From NCBI RefSeq assembly GCF_009914755.1, contig NC_060930.1: 64,000 nucleotides of DNA, one strand, 5' to 3'. How positions within the stretch are numbered: position 1 is the stretch's first letter; each line of letters starts with the position of its first letter. Below, piece after piece: positions 1 to 13,734 of the stretch. A program made the translations under genes and the position numbers. The notes under the pieces were generated by a model, which saw nothing but the letters and a program-made list of their open reading frames with translations, was not told the DNA's origin and did no database searches. The DNA comes from the human T2T-CHM13v2.0 reference genome, Homo sapiens.

Positions 1-724
1 TTAGTTGCAAAAATTAGAGACAGGAAACAATGAAACAAGCTTGTGATCTGAAGAATTTGACTTGTATCTAGTAGCTTCAGCATGTTCACGGGTCATAGGA
101 GGTTATGGTCCCAGTGAAAGTTACATTCTTGGCCAGAAAAATCCCTTCAGGAGGTTCTTTTTCCCACATTGGATTGTTCACCCCAAACAGCTGTGAATTC
201 TGGTTTGCAAAAGGAAGTCCAGGCTATTTCTGCCCTAGTCTTTCATAGGGAAAGTAAATTACTGGGTTTTTAGCCCAGAAACACTAAGGAAACCCCAGAA
301 GTAGACAGTGGAGAGTTTGTTCTTAGAAAAATCAGGCTCTCCTGTGGGTAGGAACTTGGTCTCTTTTTTGGAGAGCTCTCAGAAAATATTTCCCACACTG
401 ATTTCCAAAGGATTATTGGGAGATTTTCTGTGGTAGAGAAAATTATATCGTATAATATGTTACATTCATAGAACATCTTCACATAACTTTGGTGTGGTTA
501 GAGTTAATGGTAGTAATACTGGAAATTATATGGTATGTCTTCATATTTATCCTTTCTCAGTAATTTGTAGAACAAGTTTGTTTAGTTTACAAATCAAAAA
601 AGAGTTTTTAAAACAAGTCAGTTGTCTCTGCTTTGAAACAAGATAGTTGTATCTGTTTGTGATATTATTACCACTGATCCAGGAAGCAGAACTGCCTCCT
701 GGCCTACTTAAGTGGTGAGGACAT

Positions 725-927
725 ACTATGGTGGCTAAGGATCAGGTTCTGACCCAACTCTGCCTTGTGACTTAGGCAAATTAAGTCACTTTTCTGCGCC
801 TCTGTGTCTTCATATATATAATGGGCCTGGGATGGTGCCTATCTTCTAAAGCAGCATTAAATGAGCTAAAGGATGTAAGGCATATAATGCCTGGCACATG
901 GCAAGGGTTTGGTAACCCTCAGCTGCT
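725..927 (+). mobile_element. MIR SINE (degraded)
   Basis: MIR core-like 'tgtgacttaggcaaattaagtcacttttctgcgcctctgtgtcttcat...aatggg' and 3' 'aatgcctggcacatgg'. Confidence 0.75.
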
Positions 928-1131
928 AGAATCATCTAATGGGAGCCAGGTGCTTGCCACCCTTGATGAATCAGAGTGAGGACCCTGTTAAGGACATATC
1001 TTTTATTGATGTTGCCATTTTAACATTTATAATAATTCACAGCAGAAGCTCCCAACCTTTTAAACTATGAAGAGTCCCATAGTTTTAAAAAGCCTGAAAA
1101 TTGGCAATGGTGGCAAAGTTACAAAGCAATC

Positions 1132-1411
1132 CAGGTCCACAATCCTTTGTTTGAAACCTTGGGGCCAGATATGTTTTCAGGGTGCTGACTCAATATTGTA
1201 TATTGAGTCCCTAGTGGGACTGTGGCAGCACCCTGGAAACATTGTATTTCTACAGCAAAACCTGTAAATATTGACTAAATGGGATAAATATGAAGCCGCT
1301 TCATATCAGCGTAGGTCAGGTTTTGCAGCTAAATGACTGCTGCTAACTTATGAAAATATATTTTCAGAGCTTTTTGGATTTCTGAATTGTTGATAAGGGA
1401 CTGTAAACCTC
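1132..1411 (+). mobile_element. MER46C-like TcMar-Tigger DNA transposon (MITE)
   Basis: Terminal inverted repeats caggtccacaatcc (1132) and gataagggactgtaaacct (~1392-1410); ~280 bp. Confidence 0.7.
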
Positions 1412-1549
1412 TGCCTTTATGGTAGAAAAATTGCAAGACAAAGAAATGCACTAAGAAGAAAATAAAATCAGTTATAATTTTACCACCTACAGAAATTAAC
1501 TTGAAATTTTGGTGTACAATCTTGTTTTTTTCTGTGCAAACTTTTTTTT

Positions 1550-1800
1550 TTAACAGAAATGACATTATTTTGTATATACTTTGTCTCATGTTTTCACGAA
1601 CTATATTGTGAAAACACTTTCCTATATTTTCTGTCCTCCTCAACCTCATTTTAAATGGATGTGATATCCGTGGTATATATGAATTGTAATTAATTTAACC
1701 CCTTTCCTGACATGGAACATGAGTTTGTTTTTCGTTTTTTGCTATTAGAACAGCTCTGTGATGAACATGCATGTGGATAAGTTTGTGTGTACATTCTGCT
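1550..1800 (-). mobile_element. Old L1 (L1M) 3' fragment
   Basis: 'ttttttgctattagaacagctctgtgatgaacatgcatgtg' resembles antisense L1 ORF2-end/3'UTR. Confidence 0.5.
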
Positions 1801-2179
1801 TATAACATTTGATATATTCAATAGAATGGTAGGTGTAGTTTCAACATTCAGCCATTGCAGAAATCAACAGCTGAATATTCAAATTGCACCTCAAAATCAA
1901 CAAGAAACATACATGTTGTTGAATTTGAGGACTCATAGTAATTCTGAGGCCCCTTACATCTCCTGGGTCCTTCTGACTGGGAAGTAATATACTGATTTAT
2001 GGTTGCTAAATACTACTTATATTCAGAAAGTAACCTTTGTGCAAGCCCAGGACTTTTTAATGGTTAACTTAAGGCTTTACTGGTTCTTTTTCATAGACCA
2101 AATGTTTAGAAGAGGGCCATTAATAATACAAATGCATGGAGCAATATGCTCCAAGCAGAATAAAATAAAAACAGCTTTA

Positions 2180-2314
<135 letters not shown>

Positions 2315-2589
2315 TTAAAAAACAAAAAAAATAGCTGTTATTTTGTAAAGTAGAGATGAGGTCTTGCTATGTTGCCCAGTCTGGACGCAAATTTATTTTT
2401 TCTTTTAAATTATAGTTGAGACCTATTTACAAAAAGACTGATGGCCAGAAAAGATTACAAAACAAATCAGTTCAGAGCTGTTTACCTGAGTGTCTGAAAG
2501 GTTCTTAGACTTTCTGATGTGGTTTTTAGAACTTTAACTCTTTGCTGTACCTGGGGAGGAGCCCCAGTCTTGGCTTTGCTCATAACTAT

Positions 2590-2996
2590 CCACATCATGC
2601 TCACCACTCTTCCTCTGATCCAGCCTGGTGGAGTCTGTGCATTGACTTTTGTCCTCAATGGGGCCAGCCGCCTGATTCTTGCTTTTTCAGGTTGCCCTGC
2701 AGCCATGATCAAACTTCAATGCAAAGTCCAGCCCATACTGTAGTATTTGAAGTCAGTAACTCAATAGCTCAGAAATGTTGCTACTGACAGTATTGTGGGT
2801 GAGTGTGTATGTGTGTATTTGGGATGGGTGGGATGGTTTCACTTCTTGAGCACTTAATACTTTGCTCTGTCTGTGCCAAGGGCTTTACATACATGTATTT
2901 GCTCAGTTTACCTACACAACATGCCTGCAAGGTAATTATTGTTATTTCCATTTTACAGATGAAGAAGCAAAAGTTAAGAGAGAGGTTAAAGTGACT
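2590..2996 (+). repeat. Dispersed direct duplication, copy 1 (probably ancestral)
   Basis: Aligns to 8044-8444 at offset 5454; 2590-2761 identical; the MIR continues intact past the right boundary only in this copy. Confidence 0.97.
2691..2798 (+). other. Candidate 108-nt non-coding/cryptic exon (copy 1)
   Basis: Acceptor cctgattcttgctttttcag|G and donor TGG|gtgagt; stops in all three frames. Confidence 0.35.
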
Positions 2997-3050
2997 AGCC
3001 CAGGGCCACACAGGGGAGTGCAGAGCCTGGCATCTTTGTGATTCCAAAAC
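2845..3050 (-). mobile_element. MIR SINE
   Basis: Antisense core 'ccattttacagatgaagaagcaaaagttaagagagaggttaaagtgactagcccagggccacacag'. Confidence 0.85.
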
Positions 3051-3179
3051 TTTTGCTTATAAAGCACTGCATTTGGCCACTTGGAGAATCAGTCTCTTTG
3101 GATGAGACTTAAGCGACCACTTACTATATGCTTAGGTAAAATTTTGCTGAAAAGATTAATTAGGGATTTATTTAAGTTT

Positions 3180-3570
3180 AATAGTTGCTTTTATACCACT
3201 TCATGCTATACCCTTCTAAGCACTTTACAAGTATTAACTCATTTTGTCCTCATAACAACTCTCTCTGTTTTTTTTTTAATAACAAAAATAGAGATGGGGT
3301 CTCACTATGTTGCCCAGGTTGGTCTCAAGTTCTGGAGCTCAAGCGATCCTCCTGCTTCAGCCTCCCAGAGTGTTAGAATTACAAGCATGAGCCACCACAC
3401 CTGGCCATAACAACTGTTTGAGGAATACACTAGTAGTATTGCCATTTTACTGGTGAGGAAACTGAAACACAGAGAGATGAAGTAACTTGCCAAGGTGCAG
3501 TAAGCTAGTAAAAGTTAGAGCTTAGTTTTGAACCCAGGCAGACAGGCCCCAGAGTCTTTGCTCTTGGTTA
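3180..3570 (-). mobile_element. MIR interrupted by a FLAM/Alu monomer (3268-3406, -)
   Basis: MIR core on both sides; TSD cataacaact at 3251-3260 and 3406-3415. Confidence 0.85.
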
Positions 3571-4322
3571 TTATGCAACTGGGACTTCTTCCCTTTACCC
3601 AAGAATGTAACACAAAGTCCTTTGGGAAGACTTTGACTACATACAGTGAGGTAGGCTCATTAAAAAAAAAAATTGGCAAATTCCCTGGAACACAGGAAAG
3701 TTAGATAAAGAGAATGCCTTTACGTCTATGCCAAATAATATATTAGTTTAGAGAATGTGGGGGACTTCCCTATAGCTCCCACATTGCTTTTTCGGACTTC
3801 TAGAAAATTCTCATCTCATGTAGGTGCATGTGTTCATGAATTTTACCTGTGAGAAAATTTAAGTGGTCCCTGTGCCCCCCGCAACCAGTTCAAAATGATA
3901 AAAATTAGTTTTGGACCCATAAGCTACATAAACTGCCAGATGCACTACCAGGGCCAAAGTTTGTACAGGGGAAGTGAATCTAAACAATTGGCAAGAACCA
4001 AAAGCCTGTGTATTTGAAGTTATTTCCAACTCTGTTTTTTTTTTTTTTAAACAATTCGCTCCCTCATTAGTGATTAACAACCAAAATTTGCATTCTCAAA
4101 TAATTAGTTGGCCCATAAAATGTTTTTCAGACAGTATTATCTGGCTGGTTCAAATGATGGTTGATGCTGTCTTGAAGCCTAGGATTATGGGATGGGAAAT
4201 GTTACTTTCCATAATCCTTGGTACTTTAATCTTCACAATCCTTCAATACAGGTATTAGTGCCCATTTTACTGATGATTTTCTAGTGGTTAAATGACTGGC
4301 TTAGAACTGGGCTGAGGTGGGG

Positions 4323-4626
4323 TTTTTTTTGTTGTTTCTTTTCTGAGATGAGGTCTCACCCTGTCACTCAGGCTGGAGCACAGTGATGCAATCACAGCTC
4401 ATTGTAACTTCAGCCTCCTGGGCTCAAGCAATCTTCCCACCTGAGTCTACTGAGTAGCTGGGACTACAGGCTCATGACACCATGCCCGGTTAATTTTTGT
4501 ATTTTTTGTAGAGACGGAGTCTTGCCATGTTTCCCAGGCTGGTCTTGAATTCCTGGGCTTAAGAGATCTGCCCACCTTGGCCTCCCAAAGTGTTGGGATT
4601 ACAGGCGTGAGCCATCACACCCAGAC
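4323..4626 (-). mobile_element. AluJ-type SINE
   Basis: Full dimeric antisense Alu; ctgaggtg TSD-like flanks. Confidence 0.9.
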
Positions 4627-5028
4627 AGGACTGAGGTGTTCTGTTTGTGAGGCCTTTAAGGGTCCTATTTTATGCAGAATCATGGCTACCAAAAAGACGT
4701 CTGTGGAAGTATAAGGTGGAAAGTATAAGGAGAAGGTAGTATTCTAGCTAAGTAGCTCTGAAAATACCTATGGGTCCTATATACCTAACAGTAATAGAAT
4801 AGGCCTATTACTTTTTACCTACAAATGAAAATACTTTAGATATTGAAATTGGCAGAGATTCCACATTTGTTACTTTTTAATCTATTGCTATCTCCATAAT
4901 TGTGTGTTTAAGACTCAGCTGGAGAATAGTTTTCTTGCTAGTCACTCATCAGCAGTCTCTCTTGCCATCTTTAGCAGACCCAGAGCAGAGTTTCAAAAGA
5001 CTTTTCAAGTAGATGATCCAGGGCTTAG

Positions 5029-5654
<626 letters not shown>

Positions 5655-6159
5655 TTATGATCTGTTAGACTTGCTATTGTCTTCAGTTACCATCATTTCC
5701 GGTTACCTTTCTCTTTAACATATGTTCTTTTGTAAAATTTATAGTTCATTTACAGAGAAAACTGATGAAAATAGCAATCCAGGTACCCTAGCGTCTTCTC
5801 ATTCAATTGGCAGATATTTATGAAGACCTGATTCTTTTGGGTGAAATTTCACAGTCACTTAAAAATATCTGTGTTTGCTGAGAGGAATGCATTATACCAA
5901 ATTATAAGTTTGGTATAATGCTGCTAGTACTAGCAGAATGATATAGTAGAAGCTAAAGCCAATATTTTTTTGGATGTATGTGTGGGGCGTTCCCACTGTA
6001 ATCCATAAAACCCATTTCCAGTAACTTCTGTCTTCTGTGTTTTTTATCCTAATATTGTTACTTTCAAATTGGCTCGTTGTGGGGTTTGTCATTCTGCTGC
6101 ACCAATTTGCCCATAAACCTCTGTATCTCTTTAACAGGCAAATCATCATGTAGAAAAAC

Positions 6160-6788
<629 letters not shown>

Positions 6789-6863
6789 AAGAACATTTTC
6801 TGATGGATTGAATCAGCTGTGAGTTTGGGCCACAAATCTGGGACTTTTTAAAAAATATGAATA

Positions 6864-7201
6864 CAGTCGTCCCTCAGTCTCCATGGGGGATTGATTCTAG
6901 GACCCCTCGAAGATACCAGAATTCCAGCTCAAGTCCTTTATATAAAATGGCGTAGTATTTGTGTAAAACCTGTGCTCATTCTCTCGTATGCTTTAAATCA
7001 TCTCCAGTCTAATTATAATACCTAAATACAGTATAAATGCTATGTAAATAGTTATTAAAACATATTTTTTAGGGAACAATGAGACAAATAGCCTGTACAT
7101 GTTTAATATAGATGCAGCCATCCATTTTTTTTCTGAATATTTTTTTTCCATGGTTGGTTGAATTCACAGATCTAGAACCCATCAATATCGAGGGCTAACT
7201 G
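6864..7201 (+). mobile_element. MER2-type TcMar-Tigger DNA transposon
   Basis: TA|cagtcgtccctcag...gagggctaactg|TA termini, ~340 bp. Confidence 0.85.
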
Positions 7202-7263
7202 TATTATGTAATAACCTAATAACCACCAGGATTGCCTTTCCTATAATTAAAAAAAAAATTATG

Positions 7264-7922
<659 letters not shown>

Positions 7923-8044
7923 AACGTCTGATTTTCTATTGGTGATGACATAATGAGGTTATTGGAGTCATCACATGATGAATCTGGCTGGCATTAGGTT
8001 TCCTCATTACCAGGAACTGGGCCTTGTGAGATTTTGACACTTAC

Positions 8045-8191
8045 CACATCATGCTCACCACTCTTCCTCTGATCCAGCCTGGTGGAGTCTGTGCATTGAC
8101 TTTTGTCCTCAATGGGGCCAGCCGCCTGATTCTTGCTTTTTCAGGTTGCCCTGCAGCCATGATCAAACTTCAATGCAAAGTCCAGCCCATA
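8045..8191 (-). other. Candidate 147-nt antisense exon
   Basis: Minus strand: branch-like tactgac...tacAG|TATGGG...GATGTG|GTAAGT; weak polypyrimidine tract. Confidence 0.3.
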
Positions 8192-8252
8192 CTGTAGTAT
8201 TTGAAGTCAGTAACTGAGTAGCTCAGAGGTATTGCTACTGACAGTATTGTAG
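8145..8252 (+). other. Candidate 108-nt non-coding/cryptic exon (copy 2)
   Basis: Acceptor tcttgctttttcag|G and donor TAG|gtgagt. Confidence 0.35.
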
Positions 8253-9344
8253 GTGAGTGTGTATGTGTGTATTTGGGATGAGTGGGATGGTTTCACTTCT
8301 TGAGCACTTAATACTTTGTCTGTGCCAAGGGCTTTACATACATTTATTTGCTCAGTTTACCTTCACAACATGCCTGCAAGATAATTATTGTTATTTCCAT
8401 TTTACAGATGAAGAAGCAAAAGTTAAGAGAGAGCTTAACTGACTGCTTTTTGTCATTGTTTTGCTTGTGAATAACATTGTTTTCACCTCTTTGATTGGTC
8501 TTTGGTTTCATGTGGCCGTCAGAGTTTGAGTAGAGCAAAATCTTCTCTCCCTCTTTCATTGATTTTTATTTTAGCCTTCAGTTTGATGTGTAACTACCTG
8601 AACGAAATCCTTAAGTTTGAGTTAAGCCTTAAGTCTGTTCTTGTTGTAGGATTTTGGCTTGGTTAAGGTCTGTCTGGATCACTGGGGTCTGGAAAGTATC
8701 CATTTCTCAGTTTTATCCTCTGGTCTCTGTGCTTGAACTCTGAAGGGAAGAGGACATGGCTAGACAGAAAAAACAGTACGCAGGAAACATTGTCTCCAGG
8801 AACTTTTCTCTCTTAGAGTGCATACTGGCTCTGGGGAAGGGCCTGAGTGAGCAGTGCCCCTCGGGGATCTTCTGCCTAATCCCACCTCAACCACCATCTA
8901 GCCGTATGATCTTGGGAATATTTTTTACTCTTCCTGTAGCTCAGTTTTCTTACCATTAAAAAATGGGTGGCAGGGGGCAGTGTTTTTAGCGTTTCCTGGC
9001 AGAGGTCCAAGGAAAGGTGCATCAGTGTGTCTTAAAGCATCTGCAGAGTTAGACTGGGGAAAGGAGCGACTGCTTACTGTCCTCTTACTGTGTGCCAGGA
9101 ACTGTGCAAGGCCTTTTACATGCCTGGTGCGAAAGGTCAAGAAGAGAAAGAGGTCTGTCTTCTCCCTTCATCCATGGGAGTGTGTGAGTGGGAGGTTGCT
9201 CTCTCTGCTTGTGAAACTTTCATCAGCAAATACTAATTAGTGCTTAATTACTATATGTTGTGCATACCACTGTAGCAGATAACTTAGGAACACAAAACTT
9301 GACAACTCCCTTAAGAAATTGGCTTGGTTATCTGTGAGTTTTCA

Positions 9345-10516
9345 CTATCAATGACTGAATAAATAAGTGGGGCAGAACAGACAGGTCTTTCTTACAGAAG
9401 AATTCCAATTATAAATGTAGGAATAATGAGGGGAATAGAAAATCACCATTAGCATACCATAGTAATAATTGCTGCAGGCAAGATCTACCAGTGAAGAATG
9501 AAATTGGGTGAAAGCTGAAGGAGAAACAATATTTATATGGCTTCAAAGTATCTTCCCCAGAATATTTATTAATTCCTATGGCAGCTTCAACCGATGTCCA
9601 CTTGTTCTTTGGTAGTCCTCTCTCTAGGAGATGGAATTTAATTCTCTTCCCTTTTTGAGTGTGGGCTAGACTTAGAAACTGGCGTCCAAATAATAGAATA
9701 TGGAGAGAGAACAGTGGTAACTTTATAGTGGGAAAATCTGGTAGCCACTGCCTTTACCGAGTAATGAAGGTTAACATCACCAGTGATAAGTCATGCTGAT
9801 GTCACATATCCCCAGATGTGATGTGATGAAAAGGACACTTTGCCTCTTGTGTTCCTTCCCCAAATCCATAACCTCAGTCTAATCATGAGAAAACAGAAAC
9901 ACAAATTGAAGAACATTCTACAAAATACTGAGTAGTACTCTTTAAAATTGTCAAGGCTGAGAAAGACAAGCAAAGACTGAGGAACTGTCACAGAGACTCA
10001 AGAGCCAAGACCATTCAGTGCAGTGTAGGGTCCTGGAACAAGGGACATGAATGTAAAAACTAGGGAAGTATCAACAAAGTCTGTAGTTTAGTTAAGAGTA
10101 TTGTACCAGTGTTAATTTCTTAAGTTTTGATCAATGATTTCTTAAGTTTTGATCAATGTACAGTCATCCCTGGGTACATGTGGGGTATTGGTTCGAGGAC
10201 CCCCATCTATAACAAAATCCTTGTATACTCAAGTCCTGAGGTCAGCTGTGAGAAACCCAAGTATGTGAAAAGTCAGACCTCTACACACACAGGTTTTGAA
10301 TCCCACAAACGCTATATTTTTTATCTGCGTTTGGTTGGAAAAAATCTGCATGTAAGTGGACCCAAGCAGTTCCAACCTGCATTGTTTAAGTATCAGCTTT
10401 ACTATGATTCTGTAAAACGTTGACATAAGGGGAAGCTGGGTGAAAGGGATACGGGGCTCTGTGCTATCTTTGCAACTTTTCTGTAAGCCTAATATTATTT
10501 CAAAATAAAAAGTAAA
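9345..10516 (+). mobile_element. L1MC4-like 3' end
   Basis: 'cataacctcagtctaatcatgagaaaac', 'gactgaggaactgtcacag', end 'ctttgcaacttttctgtaagcctaatattatttcaaaataaaaagt'. Confidence 0.8.
10161..10400 (-). mobile_element. MER8-type Tigger MITE inside L1
   Basis: TA|cagtcatccctgggtac... ~240 bp; homologous to 47461-47685. Confidence 0.8.
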
Positions 10517-10534
10517 CAAGCAAAGGGCCTATTT

Positions 10535-10900
10535 GATAGAGGCTCTGAAGTCAAGCTGCCTGGTTTCATATCTTGCCTCTGCCACCTACCAGTTGGGAGG
10601 TATAGATAGCTTTCTGAATTGCTTTGCCTTAGTTCCTTCATCTATAATAATAGAACTTCTCATATAAAGTTGTGTAATGATTAAATGAGGTAATGCATGT
10701 GAAGTACTTAGAATAGTGGCAAGCCAGGCATGGTGGCTCACACCTGTAATCCCAGCACTTTGGGAGGCTGAGTTGGGAGGATTGCTTGAGTGCAGAAGTA
10801 CAAGACTCACCTGGGCAACACAGCAAGACCCTATTGTAAAAGGAAAAAAAAGAACAGTGGCTGGAATGTAGTAATGACGGCTGCTAATATTAATATTTAT
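10535..10900 (+). mobile_element. MIR interrupted by FLAM (10722-10850, +)
   Basis: MIR core; TSD agaaYagtggc at 10710 and 10851. Confidence 0.8.
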
Positions 10901-11749
10901 ACAGAGGAAGTCCAGCCTCCTTTTAGTTACTCAGCCATTGAGCCAGGGATGTAAATAGTGCTGGAGGAGTTTGGAGGAAGAGGCTATGGTAATGGAGTAG
11001 GGTGGTCTGGAGACCCCTCTCCTAGACTACTTGTACCCCTAGGAAGTGGGGCCCTACCTTTCAAGAAAGCCAAAGATTCAGATAGCTGATAGAAGATTGG
11101 TGTGGAGGAGGGCAGGGAACAGCTAGAGGCAGAGGTAGAGAAGCTTAAAATAAGAAAGACCTGTTTGCCCAGCAGTGAGTAAGCGGCTATCCAGCAGGAG
11201 TCAGCGGAGGTGAGGTTGGTAAGGTTGGCTAGTGCTGGATCGTCATGGGATTGGATGCTGGCTTGATAGAGTCTAAGACCTTGTGTCTAGGCCACTTTAT
11301 CTCTAGGTGCTTTATTTCTAAGCCTGAGAGAGAGACAATTCAAACAATAAAAAAGTTGTTTCAGTTTCAACAGGATTGTGGTTGTACTTTGTTTGTTGGT
11401 TGAAAAAATATGTTGTGACAGAATGATTATGAACTCGGTAACTCTCTGAAATAAACTTGTGTTTTATTAAATATAGTAGCTTCTCTGTACCTTAGGGGCA
11501 TCATAATATATTATTCTGTGACATTTATTCTGCCTACTGCTGGTGCTTGGTGTACGAATGCATTTGCTGACCCTTTACAATAACAACATGGCCCCAGGAC
11601 AGAGTCACCGTTTTAAGTATGCAGACATGCTTTTTGACTTCCAAGCCTCATCTTTTGGGTTGTCTTCTGTCACAGGGGAGTGTGTTTCTTTTATTAGTAA
11701 AGAAAAAAAAAAGAAAAATTATTGTACCACTAGAAATATGGCTAAAAAT

Positions 11750-11945
11750 TATTGAAGTATAATTTACATACAGTTAAGCACTTGGATATTAAATGTACAG
11801 ACCAATGTATTCTTACCTACATACACATCTGTTATCATCATGAAGATAACATTCCAGTGCCCCAGAAGTCTCCTTTGTGTCACCTGCTAGCCAAAAATGC
11901 CGTCCTTGAGGTTATCACTGTTCTGACCTTGATCACCATAAATTT
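11750..11945 (-). mobile_element. Old L1 (L1ME-like) 3' fragment
   Basis: 'attgaagtataatttacatacagttaagcac' typical antisense L1M 3' end. Confidence 0.6.
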
Positions 11946-12379
11946 TTGCCTGGGGACATGTTTCTTTTTCTCCACCGTACACCCATGTTCATGCAGAACA
12001 GTGGAGTGGGAGCAGGGCAGGGTCTGTATGTGCCAAATACTACACTAGACACATTCCCAGACTTAAATAAATTCTCCCGTAAAACACAGACCTGGGCTTA
12101 TATAACTTGTCTAAACTCAATCCCATGTCATTGATGCCAAAGTCAGTGTTTTTTCCATTGCGCCATGCTCTATGTCTTCAACTGACATTTGCCATAATCA
12201 TTATCATTATCATTAATGAAAAGTCATCTGACACTTGCCAGTAGTTTATATGATCAAAGAACATCAGTTAACACCCAGTTCTCATTTCTAAGTGCGTTTA
12301 AATGGTCAAGAGCTTTTAACATAACTCTCTTGGGAAGCAGAATGAATTGAGTTAATTTAGAACCAAAAGATAATGGCAA

Positions 12380-13060
12380 TTTCTTCATTTAATGAGTGCC
12401 TTGTTTGTGCAAGATCACGTGCTGGCCAACGGAGTTATAGAGAGAAAAGAAGTCTCAATCCCAGCTTTGTGATCTTCTGATGGGGGAGATAGAGAATAGT
12501 GTGATGAGTGCTATGAAACAGAGGGATGCTGGAGCATCAGAGAGGAAACAAGGGGCAGGGCTGGGGAAATGTTCCTCCCCGAAGGGATGAGGTCTGGGTG
12601 GAGTATTAGAACTAAAAGGAGTTGTACAGACAAAGAAGGGGAAAAGCGAGAGTTATTTTAAGCTGGAGTGTGTGTACAGTGTGGTGGCTCAGTGTGTGCG
12701 AAGAATGGGTGTCTGGAAGCATTGTGCATTGAGACGACTGCAGGTAACTGCCTGGTATGTAGGAGGGAGAGGGGTTCTGTGGAGTAGAAAGAGATTAGCT
12801 GGGGTAGTAACAGAGGTGAGATGCCCATGTAAAGGAGTTGGATTTTACATTGACAGTAGTTATGGATTTGCAATTTAGGAAGATCACTTCAGATTTTTGG
12901 AAGATGGATCAAAGGAGTTGAGATTAACTAGGAGTGCAAAATGATTAGGGCCTGAAGGAAGGCAGTACCAGTGAGTATGAAGAGGAAGCTAAATTTGAAA
13001 TATTCAGGAGGAATGAACAGGACTTGGTGACTGTTGATTTGCAGTTGAGTGGGTGATCGC
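12380..13060 (-). mobile_element. L2 LINE fragment
   Basis: Antisense L2 3' end 'catttaatgagtgcc...gtgcaag...gtgctgg' followed by purine-rich L2 body. Confidence 0.65.
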
Positions 13061-13093
13061 TCCTATGACTTTGCATCTAAATAGGATATTACA

Positions 13094-13734
<641 letters not shown>

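Larger units (their letters stand above)
8044..8444 (+). repeat. Dispersed direct duplication, copy 2 (probably derived)
   Basis: Aligns to 2590-2996; included MIR is truncated at the right boundary. Confidence 0.97.

Noticed and set aside
2482-2787. Three overlapping 74-81 aa ORFs in duplication copy 1
   Set aside because: No recognisable domain and not preserved full-length in copy 2; kept only as exon candidates
2486-2996. Idea that copy 1 is a spliced-cDNA-templated insertion, because the breakpoint equals a donor in copy 2
   Set aside because: The MIR is continuous across copy 1's right boundary and truncated in copy 2, so copy 1 looks ancestral; no poly-A or TSD
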